From positions 101,930,001 through 101,994,000 of the forward strand of contig NC_058368.1 of NCBI RefSeq assembly GCF_018350175.1: a stretch of DNA of 64,000 nucleotides. The letters are read 5' to 3'. Positions within the stretch are counted from its first letter, which is position 1. The number at the start of each line of letters is the position of its first letter. The notes beneath the pieces were generated by a model, which saw nothing but the letters and a program-made list of their open reading frames with translations, had not been told where the DNA came from and did no database searches. This DNA comes from Felis catus (lineage: Eukaryota). Below, in pieces: positions 50,960 to 64,000 of this stretch. The position numbers and the translations under genes were made by a program.

Positions 50960-51475
50960 TGAGTCAAGGTTGCTTTTGCTGCCACTAGTTTTCCTCTATG
51001 TAAATTTTCCTTACGCCTATCTTGGGCTTTATGCTTCCGGTGGGATTCATTTAACCCCAGCTCCAAGGGCAGCTCTGCGGCTAGGACATGACACCCAAAG
51101 GATTACTTTCCCCAACACCAAGCCTACTTCAGAATGGACATGTGATCCAAAGAGCCAAGGAGAGCCAAGGAGACTTTTGCTGATACTGTTGGGAGAAAGG
51201 TACACCGTCTTTCTTGTGAGACCCAAATCTACGAGGAGGTGGGCCTAGATTTGCCGGCAGCCATCTTTGCCACCATGGGAAGCCTGAGAATGAAGCCAGC
51301 ATGGAAGAGAATAGAGTTCACAGAAGCAAAGAGCCTGGGTCCTAGTGATGTTATATGAGCTGGCACTTAAACAACCCTGCCCTTAAACTTCACATGTACC
51401 TAAGACAGGAAACTCTCTTTCCTGAAGTTGAATTTTCTGCCCCTTGCAACACAAAGAATTCCAACTGATCCTCAA
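50960..51475 (+). mobile_element. Old MaLR LTR (MLT1H/J-like)
   Basis: gccggcagccatctttgccaccatgggaagcctgagaatgaagccagc...cttgcaacacaaagaattccaactgat. Confidence 0.75.
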
Positions 51476-53449
51476 GTAACAAAACTATGCACATGGCCAA
51501 AGAGGTAAAAATAGAAATAACAAAGGGACAAAAGTAAGTTATGATATAGAAGGGAGAGAAATTTATATGAGGATCATTTTCCAGGCTCCCTGGGTGCTTA
51601 ACTACAGAGTGATCATGACTACTGAACAACACAAGGGGACTGTTTCTTCCCATCATATGACTCTTACCGGAAACTTCACAACTATCTGAGAACCGTTAAA
51701 TATCGGAATGACAAGTTTTCATTCGGTTATAAAATTCTACCTTGAGTTTTCTTCCCCTCCCAAATGATTATCAGACATAACATTCTTTCAAAGACAGGCT
51801 ACCTCATTTATTATACATATCTTAAAACTTTACTTAAAACACGATGACATTTAAATGAAAGAAGGTATGGGTATCACGACGGAACAGAGACCCGGGGGGA
51901 CTTCTAAAGACTAAATTTTATTTGTCAGTAAATGTGTGTCATCGGTGCACAATAAATCCTTGTCGATCAATAACAGGTGACACTCATCAAACACCATGCT
52001 CAAAGAGCTGTACATGTTGACAAGTTTAGTTTTAACTGTAACTTTTTTAGGAATGTGCTTTTATTTCTATTCACAGTTGAAAACCACAACACAGGTAAGA
52101 TAAATACTTGCCTTGGCTCCAAATGGTACCAGGACACAACGCTGGAGAGTTTAGCTATAGAGCCACATGCCTCAGAGCTACAGGCCAAGTAAGTGAGGAA
52201 GTGAATGGACAAAGAGGGAACCCCTGCTTGGTCCCCGGAGGTGGGAAAAATGGGGCAAGTGGACCGAGTCTTTGCAACCCCTCGGTTCTGTTGTTCTTCG
52301 GTAGATTCACGTTCTTATAATGTCTCGGTTCCTACTTGATTATCAACAAGGCATTTTGAGAAAGCTCTGTTCAGTATTTCCAATCTCCCAGGGTACAATT
52401 CAGTACACCGAAGACAATTTACTCAAATGAAAACCTGTTGAAATGCTAGCCTGGTCAACTGGAAGACTAAGCACTATTTTCCCTACGTTGTCTACCAGTA
52501 GTTAGGGAGTAACTGAGTCACTGAGACAATGTGGCTTATCACCAGTCTGATACCCAGGAGCCCGACCATTTCGGGCTCATGGTGAAATGGATGCCAGGCA
52601 CCACCTGGGTGTCTCAGACGAAAGCCTGGCCCAGGAGCCACAGACAACTCGCTCACCCCATATTGACAGTCTGCAGTATTAGGTGGGACGGGCGGCATTA
52701 TAATCACTCATCTGACACGAATCAACACTAAACGTCATGGCACAGCATTTTCCACTTGAATTTGCCCCTGAGTTTATGCCTCTCAGCTCGCAAAGAAGTG
52801 CTAATCATACCTCATACAGACAGCAATTTAAAAATCAATCTCTGTGTTCATGGAAATGCGGCATTTAATTTTGGGCTGATGTCACTATCACGGGAGGGGT
52901 AAGATCAACCTCGATCTAGTGGTTGAAATCCACTCGAAAATCAGGTGGTTCGCTCATTTAATTGGGGAATATCTCACTGTCACAGAACACCTACTCTCCC
53001 TCTGCAGGGTCTATCTTTTTGAGCGTATGAGGACTTTTCCTGTAGACTTGGACACAGGCCATCAACTGCTTCTTCACCTTAAGACACACCATCTCGAAGA
53101 CTTTCCTTAAAAGCATCGGAAGAGTCGTGGGGTGGGTGATTTCTTTAGATGAAAATCATTTCAGTACTGCTGACTGAAATAAGAGTTCATTTCACCCACC
53201 TTGAGCTCGTGTTTCTGTTTCTCCTCAGGTTTTGCCACCGTCAGCAATGTCGCGCACCGAGTGAGGCTGCACGAGCCAGAGAAGCACTTTCTTGGGCATT
53301 CGTCTTGCCCTCTGTCTAAGGTTACAAAACATTTTGATGGTCTCCCCCGGGCGTGATTTCCAGATGCTCAAATCAGTATCTGTTGCCTCCTTTGCGAGAG
53401 GAGGCAGAGCTTCACACTGTCTCATTCCCAACACGCTGTACAGAGGGAC

Positions 53450-53678
53450 CTTTTATTTTATTGTAAATATTTTTTAATGTGTATTTATCTACGAGAGAGC
53501 ACATGCGCAAGCACAAGTGGGGGAGGGGCAGAGAGCGGGAGACACAGGCTCCGAGGCAGACTCCAGGCTCCGAGCAGTCAGCACAGAGCCCGACGCGGGG
53601 CTCGAACTCACAAACCGCGACATCTTGACCTGAGCCGAAGGTGGAGGCTCAACCGACTGAGCCAACCAGACACCCCCC
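53450..53678 (-). mobile_element. Can-SINE
   Basis: Full body in reverse. Confidence 0.92.
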
Positions 53679-54460
53679 AGAAAAAGCAAGGTTTTGGTTT
53701 TCCTTTTCTTTTTTTCATTTTTGCCAAGCGCAGATCTGAGTAACAGTTAAAATTTACCAAGCACGGTACTGTTTGTTGCTTGCTGTGTTCTTCGAGCTTT
53801 TATTCCCAGAAGCCACGTAGCACTCTGGAAAGTAATAAGCTCCTAGTATTTTAGCACTTTCTTTCTCTCCACTTTCTAGGAACGCTTTCATTTGTGTGAG
53901 TCTTAAGACCTTAAATGTCTATTTATACATAGGCGGGGTTGTTTACTTTTGATATTCTCATTGTAGATGACTTGGTCAAGCGATGCTTGAATTTTCTTCA
54001 CATTGAAGACAGGCAGCGAATGTTATTCTATGTCCCATAGCTCAGACAGTTCTGCTCAGGGTGCGACTTTTGAGAGAAGGCTGATGGAAAGCATCCCTAT
54101 GCGCGACTCATACTTTCTGGGAAAATGTTTAGAGCGGGTGCTCACCATCTACTATGTCCAGCCTGTTAACCTTTGGGAATTCTTCAGTGAAGATTTTTCA
54201 TGTATGGGGTCCTTTAGACCAAGTTCGTTTGTACTTCTGTCCCTGTTCCATCGTACTCAGTCAGCTCCCAACTGCTTCATTAATTCTCTCCTTGTGGTTC
54301 TGAACTAGAGTCCCAGTTTCTCGAATAATTTGGCCTAACCCATTTCCTTTCTCCCAACACAGAGTGGAAAGTGTTCCTTCATTTATTTTCTGGCAATGTC
54401 ATCCATTTCTCTATTTACAACTTCTCTCTGTTGTAAATGTATTTATTGTTTATGATTACC

Positions 54461-54653
54461 TTTTTAAAGTTTATTTATTTTATTTTGATGGGGCAGGGCG
54501 CGTGGGAGAGGGACAGAGAGAGAGAATGCTAAGCAGGCTCCACGTTGTCAATACAGAGCCTGACACAGGGCTCGATCCCACCAACCGTGAGATCGTGACC
54601 TGAGCCGAAATCAAGAGGCAGAGGCTGAACCGACTGAGCCACCCAGGCGCTCC
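54461..54653 (-). mobile_element. Can-SINE
   Basis: TSD tatgattac. Confidence 0.93.
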
Positions 54654-55290
54654 TATGATTACTTTAATTAGCAAGCTGAGCCCAGGAATTCCCAGTGGTT
54701 CAGACAACCTCTAGTAGGATTCCTTTTGAAATGATAAGTCGCAAGTTGATTGTTGTTTCAGGGAAAAAGAGACACGAGGCAAAGAAAAATATGGAGGTTG
54801 TCTGAGGTGGGGGATGGGGGGGAGGTTAGATCTAAATGACAGATTTCATCTGTAAGCCTCAGCTGATCTCTTCCCTCTTTCCTCAGAATCCCATGCAACA
54901 GGCTATCGGGGAGCCTCTTCTCCCCCTGAGCCTTCTCCAGCGATGTTCCCCTTTGCTTGAATCCCAGCCAGCTTGAATCCCGGCACTACTCTCCACCCCA
55001 CCTCCCTGAGTCAATGATGTTGAAGGTTTGTGTCTTTCTCCTACTTCACTAGTGAATAACATGTACGTAAGTTGATACTGTATTTGTGTGTTGCTTCAAT
55101 TCCTTATACTTGTGCCCAAACGCATAGCTCATGTGTCTACTAAAACAGCTGAGCAAAGTGGGGGGGGGGGGGGGAATAGTAACCAAAACTCTAGTTTCAT
55201 TAGTTCAGGCTGATGCTTACAATGAAAAGCGGATCTGGGCAAAGGGGAACAGGGTCTTCCTGCCATTCTTACTGTCTACAGAGTAAGAGA

Positions 55291-55512
55291 GGGGCGCCTG
55301 GGTGGCTCAGTCGGTTGAATGTCTGACTTTGGCTCAGGTCATGATCTTGCGGTCCATGAGTTCGAGCCACGCGTCGGGCTCTGCACTGACAGTTCAAACC
55401 TTGGAGCCTTTTTCAGACTGTGTGTCTCCCTCTCTCTCTGACCCTCCCCTGTTTGTGCTCTGTCTCTCGCTCTCTCTCTTAAAAATGAATAAACGTTAAA
55501 AAAATTTTTTTT
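55291..55512 (+). mobile_element. Can-SINE
   Basis: ggggcgcctgggtggctcagtcggttga head, full body. Confidence 0.94.
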
Positions 55513-56486
55513 AAAGAAATGATATCAAAACCATTTTTAATAGTTATTTTTCCCATAACTTGCTGGACTTGTACCCAACAAAGAAGGCAATGGTCTCTGA
55601 CTCTCCACTTTCTGTCAAATATTTTAAACGAAGAATGACTAAGTCCTGTCTGTTTCCTCTCTAAATTTATCTCAATTACCACTTCTCCACCATTCCGACC
55701 AGAGCCTTGGGTTAGAATCTTATGAACTTTCACCTGGACTCCCTTTATGTTTGTTAGTTTTTTTTCTCTCCTATGAGAGCTTTATTCGGGGGCCGGGATG
55801 CTCCTTCCAAGACTCAGTCCTGATCATGTCTCTCCTATGTTCAAATCTTCAGTCGCTACAGAACAGAGCTGAAATTCCTGAACAAAACACAGATCTGTCC
55901 TTGTTCACTTTCCAGTTTTCCTTCTTCCTTCCCCACCTAACTCTAGCTAGGTCAAACCACTAACTTGCTTTTATTTTCACCTTTGGATGTGATATTTTCT
56001 CTACTAGAAACGGCCTTTTTCTTCTCGTCTCCCTGGCAAACTCCCACATTCAGGTTAAAAATCACTTCCCTTGGAAGGTTCTCTTTACATCCCTTTGCAG
56101 AATTAATCAAGCACTGGCCTTTCTGTGTTGCCTTAACACTTTATTTTGAATTAGAGCATTTCTCATATAACTCGAATAATTTCCTTCCGCATCTTTTAGT
56201 TCCTACATGAAAGAAACTCAGTTCTGCTTTTTTTGGGATTACCATGATCTATCTCAGGTTAAGCATAAATGCTTGATCTTTCTTAATAAACAGAGCAGAT
56301 GGATGTTAACTGAATACATGTCCAACTCTGGTGGCAGCAAAGAAAACCTTCAAGAGGCAAGTCCACAATAAACACAAAACAAAAACATTTCAACCATGTA
56401 TATGAAAGAATGTCTCCTACCTAGAGTTTTTAAATATTTTCTTAGAGTTCAAAAGCTTTAAGATCATTCTCAAAATGACCTCTTAT

Positions 56487-56678
56487 GGGATGCCTGGATG
56501 GCTCAAGTCAGTTAAGTGTCCGACTTTAGCTCAGGTCATGATCTCAGAGTTTGTGAGTTTGAGCCCTGCATCAGGCTCTTTGCTTTCAGAACAGAACCCA
56601 CTTTGGATCCTCTGTCTCCCTCTCTCTCTGCCCTTCCCCCAGTCTCATTCGCGCGCGCGCTCTCTCTCTCTCTCAAAA
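56487..56678 (+). mobile_element. Can-SINE with almost no A tail
   Basis: TSD caaaatgacctcttat directly after the (CT)n. Confidence 0.92.
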
Positions 56679-56907
56679 TGACCTCTTATAGTGTCCAGTC
56701 AGCATAATTAATGATGACAGTAATAAACATTTATAAGTGCTATGTGTATGACACTGTGATAGGCAACTCATTGCAACGTCTAATTTAACTATCATATACA
56801 TCTGTGAAGTAAGTACTAGTATTTCCTCCACCTTGCATGTGAGAGAGTCACTGAGGTTGTGAAGGGTATAGAACGAGTGTCTGCAGGTAAGTGAAAATAT
56901 CAAGATT

Positions 56908-57141
56908 AAATTTTTAAAAATACTTTTATTTATTTTTGAGAGACAAAGACAGAGAGACAGACCGAGTGTGAGCAGGGGAGGGGCAGAGAGAGAGGGAGAC
57001 ACAAAATCCAAAGCAGGCTCCAGGCTCTGAGCTGTCAGCACAGCGCCTGACACAGAGCTCCAACTCATGAACCACAAGATCATAACCTGAGCTGAAGTCA
57101 GACGCTTAACAGCTTAACCAACTGAGCCACCCAGGCGCCCC
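56908..57141 (-). mobile_element. Can-SINE (left member of head-to-head pair)
   Basis: Full body in reverse. Confidence 0.95.
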
Positions 57142-57173
57142 TGAAAACAGTAAGATTTAAAAGCAGATCTCTA

Positions 57174-57389
57174 GGGGCACCTGGGTGGCTCAGTCGGTTG
57201 AGTGTCAGACTTCAGTTCAGGTCATGATCTCGTGGTCTGTGAGTTCGAGCCCCACGCCGGGCTCTGTGCTGACAGCTCAGAGCCTGGAGCCTGTTTCAGA
57301 TTCTAATGTCTCCCTCACTCTGACCCTCCCGCATTCATGCTCTGTCTCTGTCTCAAAAATAAATAAACCTTAAAAAAAAAATTAAAAAA
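57174..57389 (+). mobile_element. Can-SINE (right member of head-to-head pair)
   Basis: TSD aaaagcagatctcta. Confidence 0.95.
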
Positions 57390-58654
57390 AGCAGATCTCT
57401 AAATGCAGGCTCTTAACCCAAATGCTCTGCTGCCTTCAGGTCACAGATCTCCAAATCTTTTTCAGAATGTCCATCCTGACATTTAGTGCCTTCTACTGTG
57501 ACACTGGGACATGTCCAGTATTCTTGTGATGGCTTCAAGTATGGGCACTAAATACAATGGTTTTACAAAATCTAGGTTCCATAAAGTTTCCAAGATTCGG
57601 CAACTCTTTGCAAGTCATGAGACCAGACTGTTCATTTGAAAGTCAAATGATTTGTTTCACCGAGTGGCTCAGCTCCATTGAATTTCACTTCCTCCAGCAC
57701 TGTCTCTCGAGTGGCATTATCTTCTGCCATGGTTGAAACGCACACTCCTGTACGTGAAGTGTTTTACTTGTGTATATTTGCCTTGGCTAGTTCTTACTAC
57801 ATCAACAACAGCCTAAGCTGAAATTTATACTAAATTCTTTACCGCCTGGTCATTCTTCAAGGATACCATATTAGATTAGCCTTGCAAATAAGGAGGTGGG
57901 CAAGGAGAGAGCTTAAAAGTGATGTGTGCTTTGTATTAGGGTGAAATGTTGTTGGCTAATTTCTTCATTACAAAATTACAATCCATACGATGCTCATTAG
58001 AAATACTCAGCAAGGATGAGGCAAGCCAGCAGAACCAGGAGAAATGATTGCTAATAAATTTAAAATGTGAAAAAAAAAGTCTATCCGTTTGCTTAACTTC
58101 ATAAAAATACACAGGTGGTACAGTCCTTTTCATTCTCCTGCTGATTTGGAATAAGTCATTACTTGATAAAGTAGGTAAGCAACTGTTTTGGTAAGTAACC
58201 TAAAAACAATTCTGTTCCTCCAAATGTGGGGATAAAAGACTCCTTATTGTACAAACTTTTAATAAAAACTATCCGTGACTCAAAGTAAAAGCATACTGCA
58301 AACAAACTGGATTTTACATTTGATGAAGGCAATATTTTGAAGGCCCTTTTGAAACTGTAAGCTACTTATTTAGATTCATTTATCACTGTCTGTATTAAAT
58401 AGTATTTATTATACTTCCTCACACACAAGACTGCACCAGTCTCCACAAGTCATACTAGAATCACACACATACTGCAATAGGAAATACGCCTAGGGTGGGA
58501 TATAAATACCCAACTGGACCATCTTAAGGCATGACATGTGGATAATTACTGATTATCATGTATCTAGACCTTACTGTCTTGGTATCTGATGGATGACTAG
58601 TGACCATACTGTCATCAAGACTTCAGAGGGAGTTACCACTTACACTTTGTTCCC

Positions 58655-58882
58655 ATTTATGTATTTATTTATTTAAAAAAAATTTTTTTAATGTTTATTT
58701 ACTTTTGAGAGAGACAGAGACAGAATGTGAGTGGGTCGGGGCAGAGAGAGACGGAGACAGAGAATCCGAAGCAGTCTGAGCTGTCAGCACAGAGCCCGTC
58801 GCGGGGCTCGAACCCGCGAGTGGTGAGATCACGACCTGAGCTGAAGTCGGACGCTCAGCCGACTGAGCCACCCAGGCGCCCC
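58655..58882 (-). mobile_element. Can-SINE
   Basis: TSD cactttgtt(c/t)ccattta. Confidence 0.94.
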
Positions 58883-59039
58883 ACTTTGTTTCCATTTAAA
58901 TCTAGACAAAGCTTTACGGGCAAAAGGCATTTTCAGGAGGATCCCAAGTATCAAAGGAGGAAGCTAGGCACAGAGTGAAGAAAAAATACACAGAATTAGT
59001 TGAGAGAAACCTTAAAAAGGGTCTCATCTCCTATACGCC

Positions 59040-59950
59040 AGGTCGGTCTCTATGCTTGCTTACTTGGCCTCTCCACTCAGGTGCCTAAGAGTTCCCTCAA
59101 CTGGGCATGTTCAAAATAAGTCTTGATCCCCGCCCTCGTCTGTTACTGACACTCCCCCAGGGTTCCCCTCAGCAAATGGCACCACCATCCAACCACACGA
59201 AACTTCTCTGAAATCTGACTCCAAAACAGGTCCAGATCCACTCACTTTCTGTACTCTCACCGCCTGTGGTTGCCACCATCGTCTCGGGCCCAGACTGCTT
59301 CAATAGCCTGTCATCAGCCTGTAGTCTCTCGGTAGTCATTACATTTTCCAAATTAACTCAGGATCACAGCACATCTCTACTTAAAATACTCCAATAGCTT
59401 TTCATTTCCACTGAAGTAGAACTCAAAACTCCTGAACGAGGCTTCAAGGACTGACACAGTCCGGTTCCTGACTATTTCTTCCACCTCATTTTCTCTTACT
59501 CTCCACTTAAAATCCTCCCTCGAAAGCCCTATTTCTTTTTTCACTCCAATTTTTCTTACTTTAAACTCTTGGCACATAGAGATTTTCTACACCTAGATTC
59601 TCTCTCTTGATCTTCACTTGGCTTCCCCCTTTTGTTCATTCGCATGTCACTTTTTCTCGGTATCACTTCCTCTGTGCAACCTTCTCTGACCATCCAATCT
59701 AAAGTAGACCCTCCCCATCCCCCCAAGTCCTCTTCTGCAACCTCAGCTCGTTTTATTTTTTCCCTGGTACTTAATGCTATCCGAAATCACTGTATTTATT
59801 TATAACTTGGTAAGTTCATTGTCTGCCCTCACATTATAAGCCACCACAGGGGAGGGTTCTTGAGCCACTGGTTCATGTCTGTAGGACTTGTACACCAAAT
59901 GGTCCCTAACCCTTGATGGAGCATCAGTAAATGGTTGTCTAACACATAAA
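59040..59950 (+). mobile_element. L2 LINE 3' portion
   Basis: cctcaactgggcatgttcaaaat, ctcagcaaatggcaccaccatcc, ccttctctgaccatccaatctaaagtag, L2-like end. Confidence 0.85.
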
Positions 59951-61705
59951 AGTGCAAGTCATAGAGTCAATGACTTTCCAAGAGTGAGCAAAGAAAAAGA
60001 AGCTTGCAAAACTTGATGTTCAATGGTGTGCAGTCTTAAAACATGAAACATCTGAGACCGTCTGTGCATCCACTGGGGTTAGCGTCCATACTCATTCACT
60101 GCCCAGCTTCAATGTACAACCGTCAAAGGAATGCACATAGTCAAATGTGTTCTCAATAACATTAATAAAGGGCTAGACATTCTATTTTGCAGAGTAAGGA
60201 CAAGCAAGAATTCTTGCTTGGATGCTTCTGTTTTCTCGTATAATTTATGAAAGCAGGTAAGGCTGGAGGGTGGCCTGCTACTTAGCCAGGGGACAAACTT
60301 ATCATTAATTCCTCACTTAAGCAGTGTCTCAAGTCCATTGTCTTTGCAATTACTTCCGAGATGAGAGATGAGAGCACAAGAATAAACTGTTCAAGTAAGC
60401 CAACTACAGCTGGAGACCATTAACAGCAAAATGGGGTATGCAGAAAAGAGCAGTGGGAGGCTGAAGTTATCTCAACTGGAGAAGCCACATGGAGGTTAAA
60501 AAATTGCACTGAATCCTGATCCACAAAGAATACCAACAATGCTTTTGGATGCTAGTCTTTCTGCCTCCAAGCATCACATGGTTTTCTGTTTATTTCATTT
60601 ATTCTAACAGTTGTGTGTGTGTGTGTCTGTGTGTGTAAAGTGGAAAACATTAGGCACAAGAGTGAAGGCCCTTTGAATTGGACACAAGATTTTAAGATAC
60701 CTCTAAAACCAAAGCCAATGAACTTCAACACACAGTGGCAAAGATGAGCCTCAGGCAAAGCAACAGAGGGGCTCAGAGGGGGTTTGTGTATGCTTTGCTG
60801 GTAGGATGAAGGCATCTCCAACACTTTAACAACACTGGAAGGTTTTGCAATTTCCCTCTAGGAAACACTGAGCGAAAATAAGATGCAACTGAACCGATGT
60901 AATGGCTACCACGAAGATATTTTACGACAGGAACTTTCTGCATGACGCGGTGGGATGGGAGGAAATGAACTCATGGGACTAGGTCAGTTTTCCTCTGAAA
61001 TGGACAGCGACCACGTTACCAGCAGCCAGTCTCACCAGCACACCCTGCTTCCCACAGTACTTGTCTTTTTCTGACTTCTCTCTCTTAGCATCCTATGCTC
61101 AAGGTCCATCCGCATTTTCTCAGACGGCAGGATAGACTTCTTCCACAGGGAAATCACATTATAATACATAAATGCATCAACTCCACATGTTGTATACCTT
61201 AAATGTATGCAATGCTATATATCAAATATGGCTCAATTAAATGGAGCTCAAATATGGCTCTTGTGCTGCCCACAAGAGGCAACCAGGTACACCTACTTCT
61301 TAGATGTTAGGGACTAAAATCCTATTCCCTAAAAACAGAGAACTCTATTCCAGTCACTACTACTTGAGATACTCATTTAGGACACACCTTTGATAAAATT
61401 ACAAGAAGAATGACAATAAAATTCCAAAAAATCTCTGGGGGTTTCAGTGATTTATATTTAATCATGTGTTCCTTTAACAAAACACTAAAACCCTGGACAA
61501 AACCATCCATCTCTCCCATTCTTGGAGAAGACCCACTGACCTTCCTCCTTCTCGGGTGAGTCCACCCACAAAACAAAACCCTGAAATGCCGAGTTATGTC
61601 AGATTTTTATATCTCCCCCCACACACTTAGAAAACCCAGCTTTCTTGTCACCAGAGGTAACTGAGAACTGATTTTGTTATCGGGTTAAAAATCTATCCTT
61701 TCCAA

Positions 61706-61905
61706 GGGTGCTTGGGTGGCTCAGTTAGTTAAGCATCTGACTCTTGGTTTCAGCTCAGGTCATGATCTCACGGTTCGTGAGTCTGAGTCCCCGTCGGGCT
61801 CTGTGCTGGCAACACAGAGCCCGCGTGAGATTCTCTCTCCCTCTCTCTCTGCCCCACTCTTTCTGCCTCTCAAAATAAACGTAAAAAAAATTTTTTTAAA
61901 AAAAA
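61706..61905 (+). mobile_element. Can-SINE
   Basis: TSD aaaaatct(a/g)tcctttccaa. Confidence 0.94.
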
Positions 61906-62127
61906 TCTGTCCTTTCCAAAAAGAATGGCGTTAAGAAACGAAACTATAACTGATGTTTTACATGGTCTCATAATAGATAAGTATTATCCAAGTTGGGTAA
62001 TACTTTACTTATTTCAGTAAAGATTAATAAGAGTTTTTTTCATCAGGAATAACTTCAGCAAAGGAACTTACACTGTTTGGAATTTGGGAAGGGGTTTTAG
62101 TAAATCAATTACTCCTAGCATCACTTC

Positions 62128-62392
62128 TTTTTTTTTCTTTTTCTTTTTTTTTTTTTGCTGTTTTATTTCTTTATTTAAAATTTTTTTAATATAATTTATT
62201 GTCAAGTTGGTTAACATACAGTATATATGGTGCGCTCTTGGTTTTGGGGGTAGATTCCCGTGATTCATCGCTTACATACAACACCCAGTGCTCCTCCCAA
62301 CAAGTGCCCTCCTCAATGCCCACCACCCATTTTCTCCTCTCCCTTGTCCCTGCATGTTACCCTCAGCAACCCCCAGTTTGTTCTCTGCGGTT
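62128..62392 (-). mobile_element. Carnivore L1 3' end
   Basis: T tail, ataatttattgtcaagttggttaacatacag..., acaacacccagtgctcctcccaacaagtgccctcctcaatgccc. Confidence 0.93.
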
Positions 62393-62964
62393 AACACCTA
62401 CTGTGCTAGCCTGGGTTGTCTAAAAAGCAGCAGAGCTGGGTACAGCTTTCTAATAAGCTGCTTGCTGTTTTTCCAAGACAAATTCAGGGAGTGGGAGGTT
62501 AGCGTTCATTGCAACAATCCTGTCTGTAGAGGTGGAACAGTCAAGAGAGGATTTTTCAGACTGTTCCCTCCTGTCTCCTACCAGCAATCCTTCATTTCCC
62601 CTATTTTGATTTCTCATGTTGTTTCTTTTCTTATTGCCGGTCCCATCTTGCCAAAATGTCTGTTTTAATGATATTTTGAGGTCTAGCTTTGGGTTCAGCT
62701 GATTACCTCCTCTGTTGCTTTCCTTATAAATGAAGAAAATAGGAACTGTTCAGAGTTTGATTATGTCCTCTCTTGTTCTTTCTTTGGCCTTAGGTTGCTT
62801 GTTGTTGGTCCTCATCTTAACCTCTTTGTACGATGCTTAGCTGGCTAATAGTCTATCTTTCTTATTTCCCAAAATATGCATTTATAGTAGGACTTTCACT
62901 TCTGCCATCCCCACCATGATATCATTATATGTAACTTAGACTCAACCTCTGCAGAAAGACTCAC

Positions 62965-63012
62965 CCTTATAACAAAATCATTAGACCGTAATGACAGATG
63001 AAAACGAGAAAG
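62965..63012 (-). other. Candidate exon (48 nt)
   Basis: Minus strand: cctgtctcctcctccag| ... agg|gtgagt. Confidence 0.3.
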
Positions 63013-63125
63013 CTGGAGGAGGAGACAGGTGTTTGAAAGACATTTATGTAGCTCCGTGGAAAGGCCGGTGGCAGTTGCTGTGTTACTAGTAGCTAGAAGG
63101 TCTTATTATGCCACGAGTTTAATAC

Positions 63126-63201
63126 CTGCCGATATTCTCTTCTACGTGCACCAGGGCGAAGTGGGGAAGTAGCCTCTGGCAAGACGAGGGAGTAGGTCCA
63201 C
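63126..63201 (-). other. Candidate exon (76 nt)
   Basis: Minus strand: agcctttcag| ... cag|gtatta; short pyrimidine tract. Confidence 0.2.
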
Positions 63202-63939
63202 CTGAAAGGCTGTGTGTGTATTTAGTGGTGTGTGTATATACGTATGTGTCTATCTGTCTGCCTGTTTGTGAATAAGTGCTTCTAGCTGAGACCAAGAGGA
63301 CTCCAAGGCCTGATGGCTGCATGGCCATTAGGCTGTATGTTTTATGAGCTGCAGCATTAGCGAACACAGGACATGTATTTTAGTTCCTATCCAGTTGTGT
63401 CATTTAGGCTTTAAATCATTTCCTTTACATTTTTATTTGAAAGAAGAGGAGCCTAAGAATAATAATGCATCAATGACTTCACCATGAGACCTTGGGGATT
63501 TGACAGCCATAATGCCCTGTGCCTTTTTCAAATAGTGAAATTATTTGGTTTCTTTTTACTTTGGTAGCTCCATCCAACTGGGGCTGCTTCACTGAAAAGG
63601 ATTCATCTGTTTTGTTTTGTTTTTGAGAAACATTACTGAGGGACATAAGAATAACACAGTGTGTGGCTGATTTCCCCTAAAGACAGAATGGCAATGAAAT
63701 GAAAAAGAAACAGGGGTGATGGGGTGTCTAATCCTTCCCGAGAATGAAAAGCTCAAGTTAAAAGGGCAAAACTAGCCCATGCTTCTTAAGAGGCAAGGAG
63801 TGGAAAGAGGATTGTTATTTTGACCTAATGGCAACCGCAAAGGGAATAATGAGGTTACCTGACCCCACGCTAGTTTGTAAATGACTACTTTCTTAGTGAA
63901 CAATTCTATTTCAGCAGCTGCCTACCCAACTGCATTCTC

Positions 63940-63943
<4 letters not shown>

Positions 63944-63980
<37 letters not shown>
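63944..63980. repeat. (CA)n microsatellite
   Basis: CA run at window end. Confidence 0.98.
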
Positions 63981-63984
<4 letters not shown>

Positions 63985-64000
63985 GCGATGGGGGCTGCGT

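Overview
Mammalian, felid-type genomic DNA, almost entirely intronic or intergenic. The assignment rests on about 40 carnivore tRNA-derived SINEs of the cat (SINEC_Fc-like) type, several with intact target-site duplications (TSDs). The window also holds carnivore L1 3' ends, old L1M/L2/MIR fragments, MaLR (MLT1) and MLT2 LTRs, two MER81-like MITEs, and a decayed ERV-L provirus fragment (LTR-PBS-gag-pro, minus strand, ~46.2-48.0 kb). I recognise no host protein-coding exon; the listed ORFs come from SINEs, ERV-L or chance. The most unusual structure is a non-repeat 91-bp inverted duplication (17290-17380 / 18516-18606, 85/91 identical, no gaps). Its left arm sits between 13-bp direct repeats with junction microhomology, which looks like a locally templated inverted insertion that could fold into a long RNA stem. 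Several good minus-strand splice-site pairs suggest, without proving, a spliced noncoding or 5'-UTR transcript running right to left. Repeat family names are from recall of consensus sequences, and repeat boundaries are approximate.
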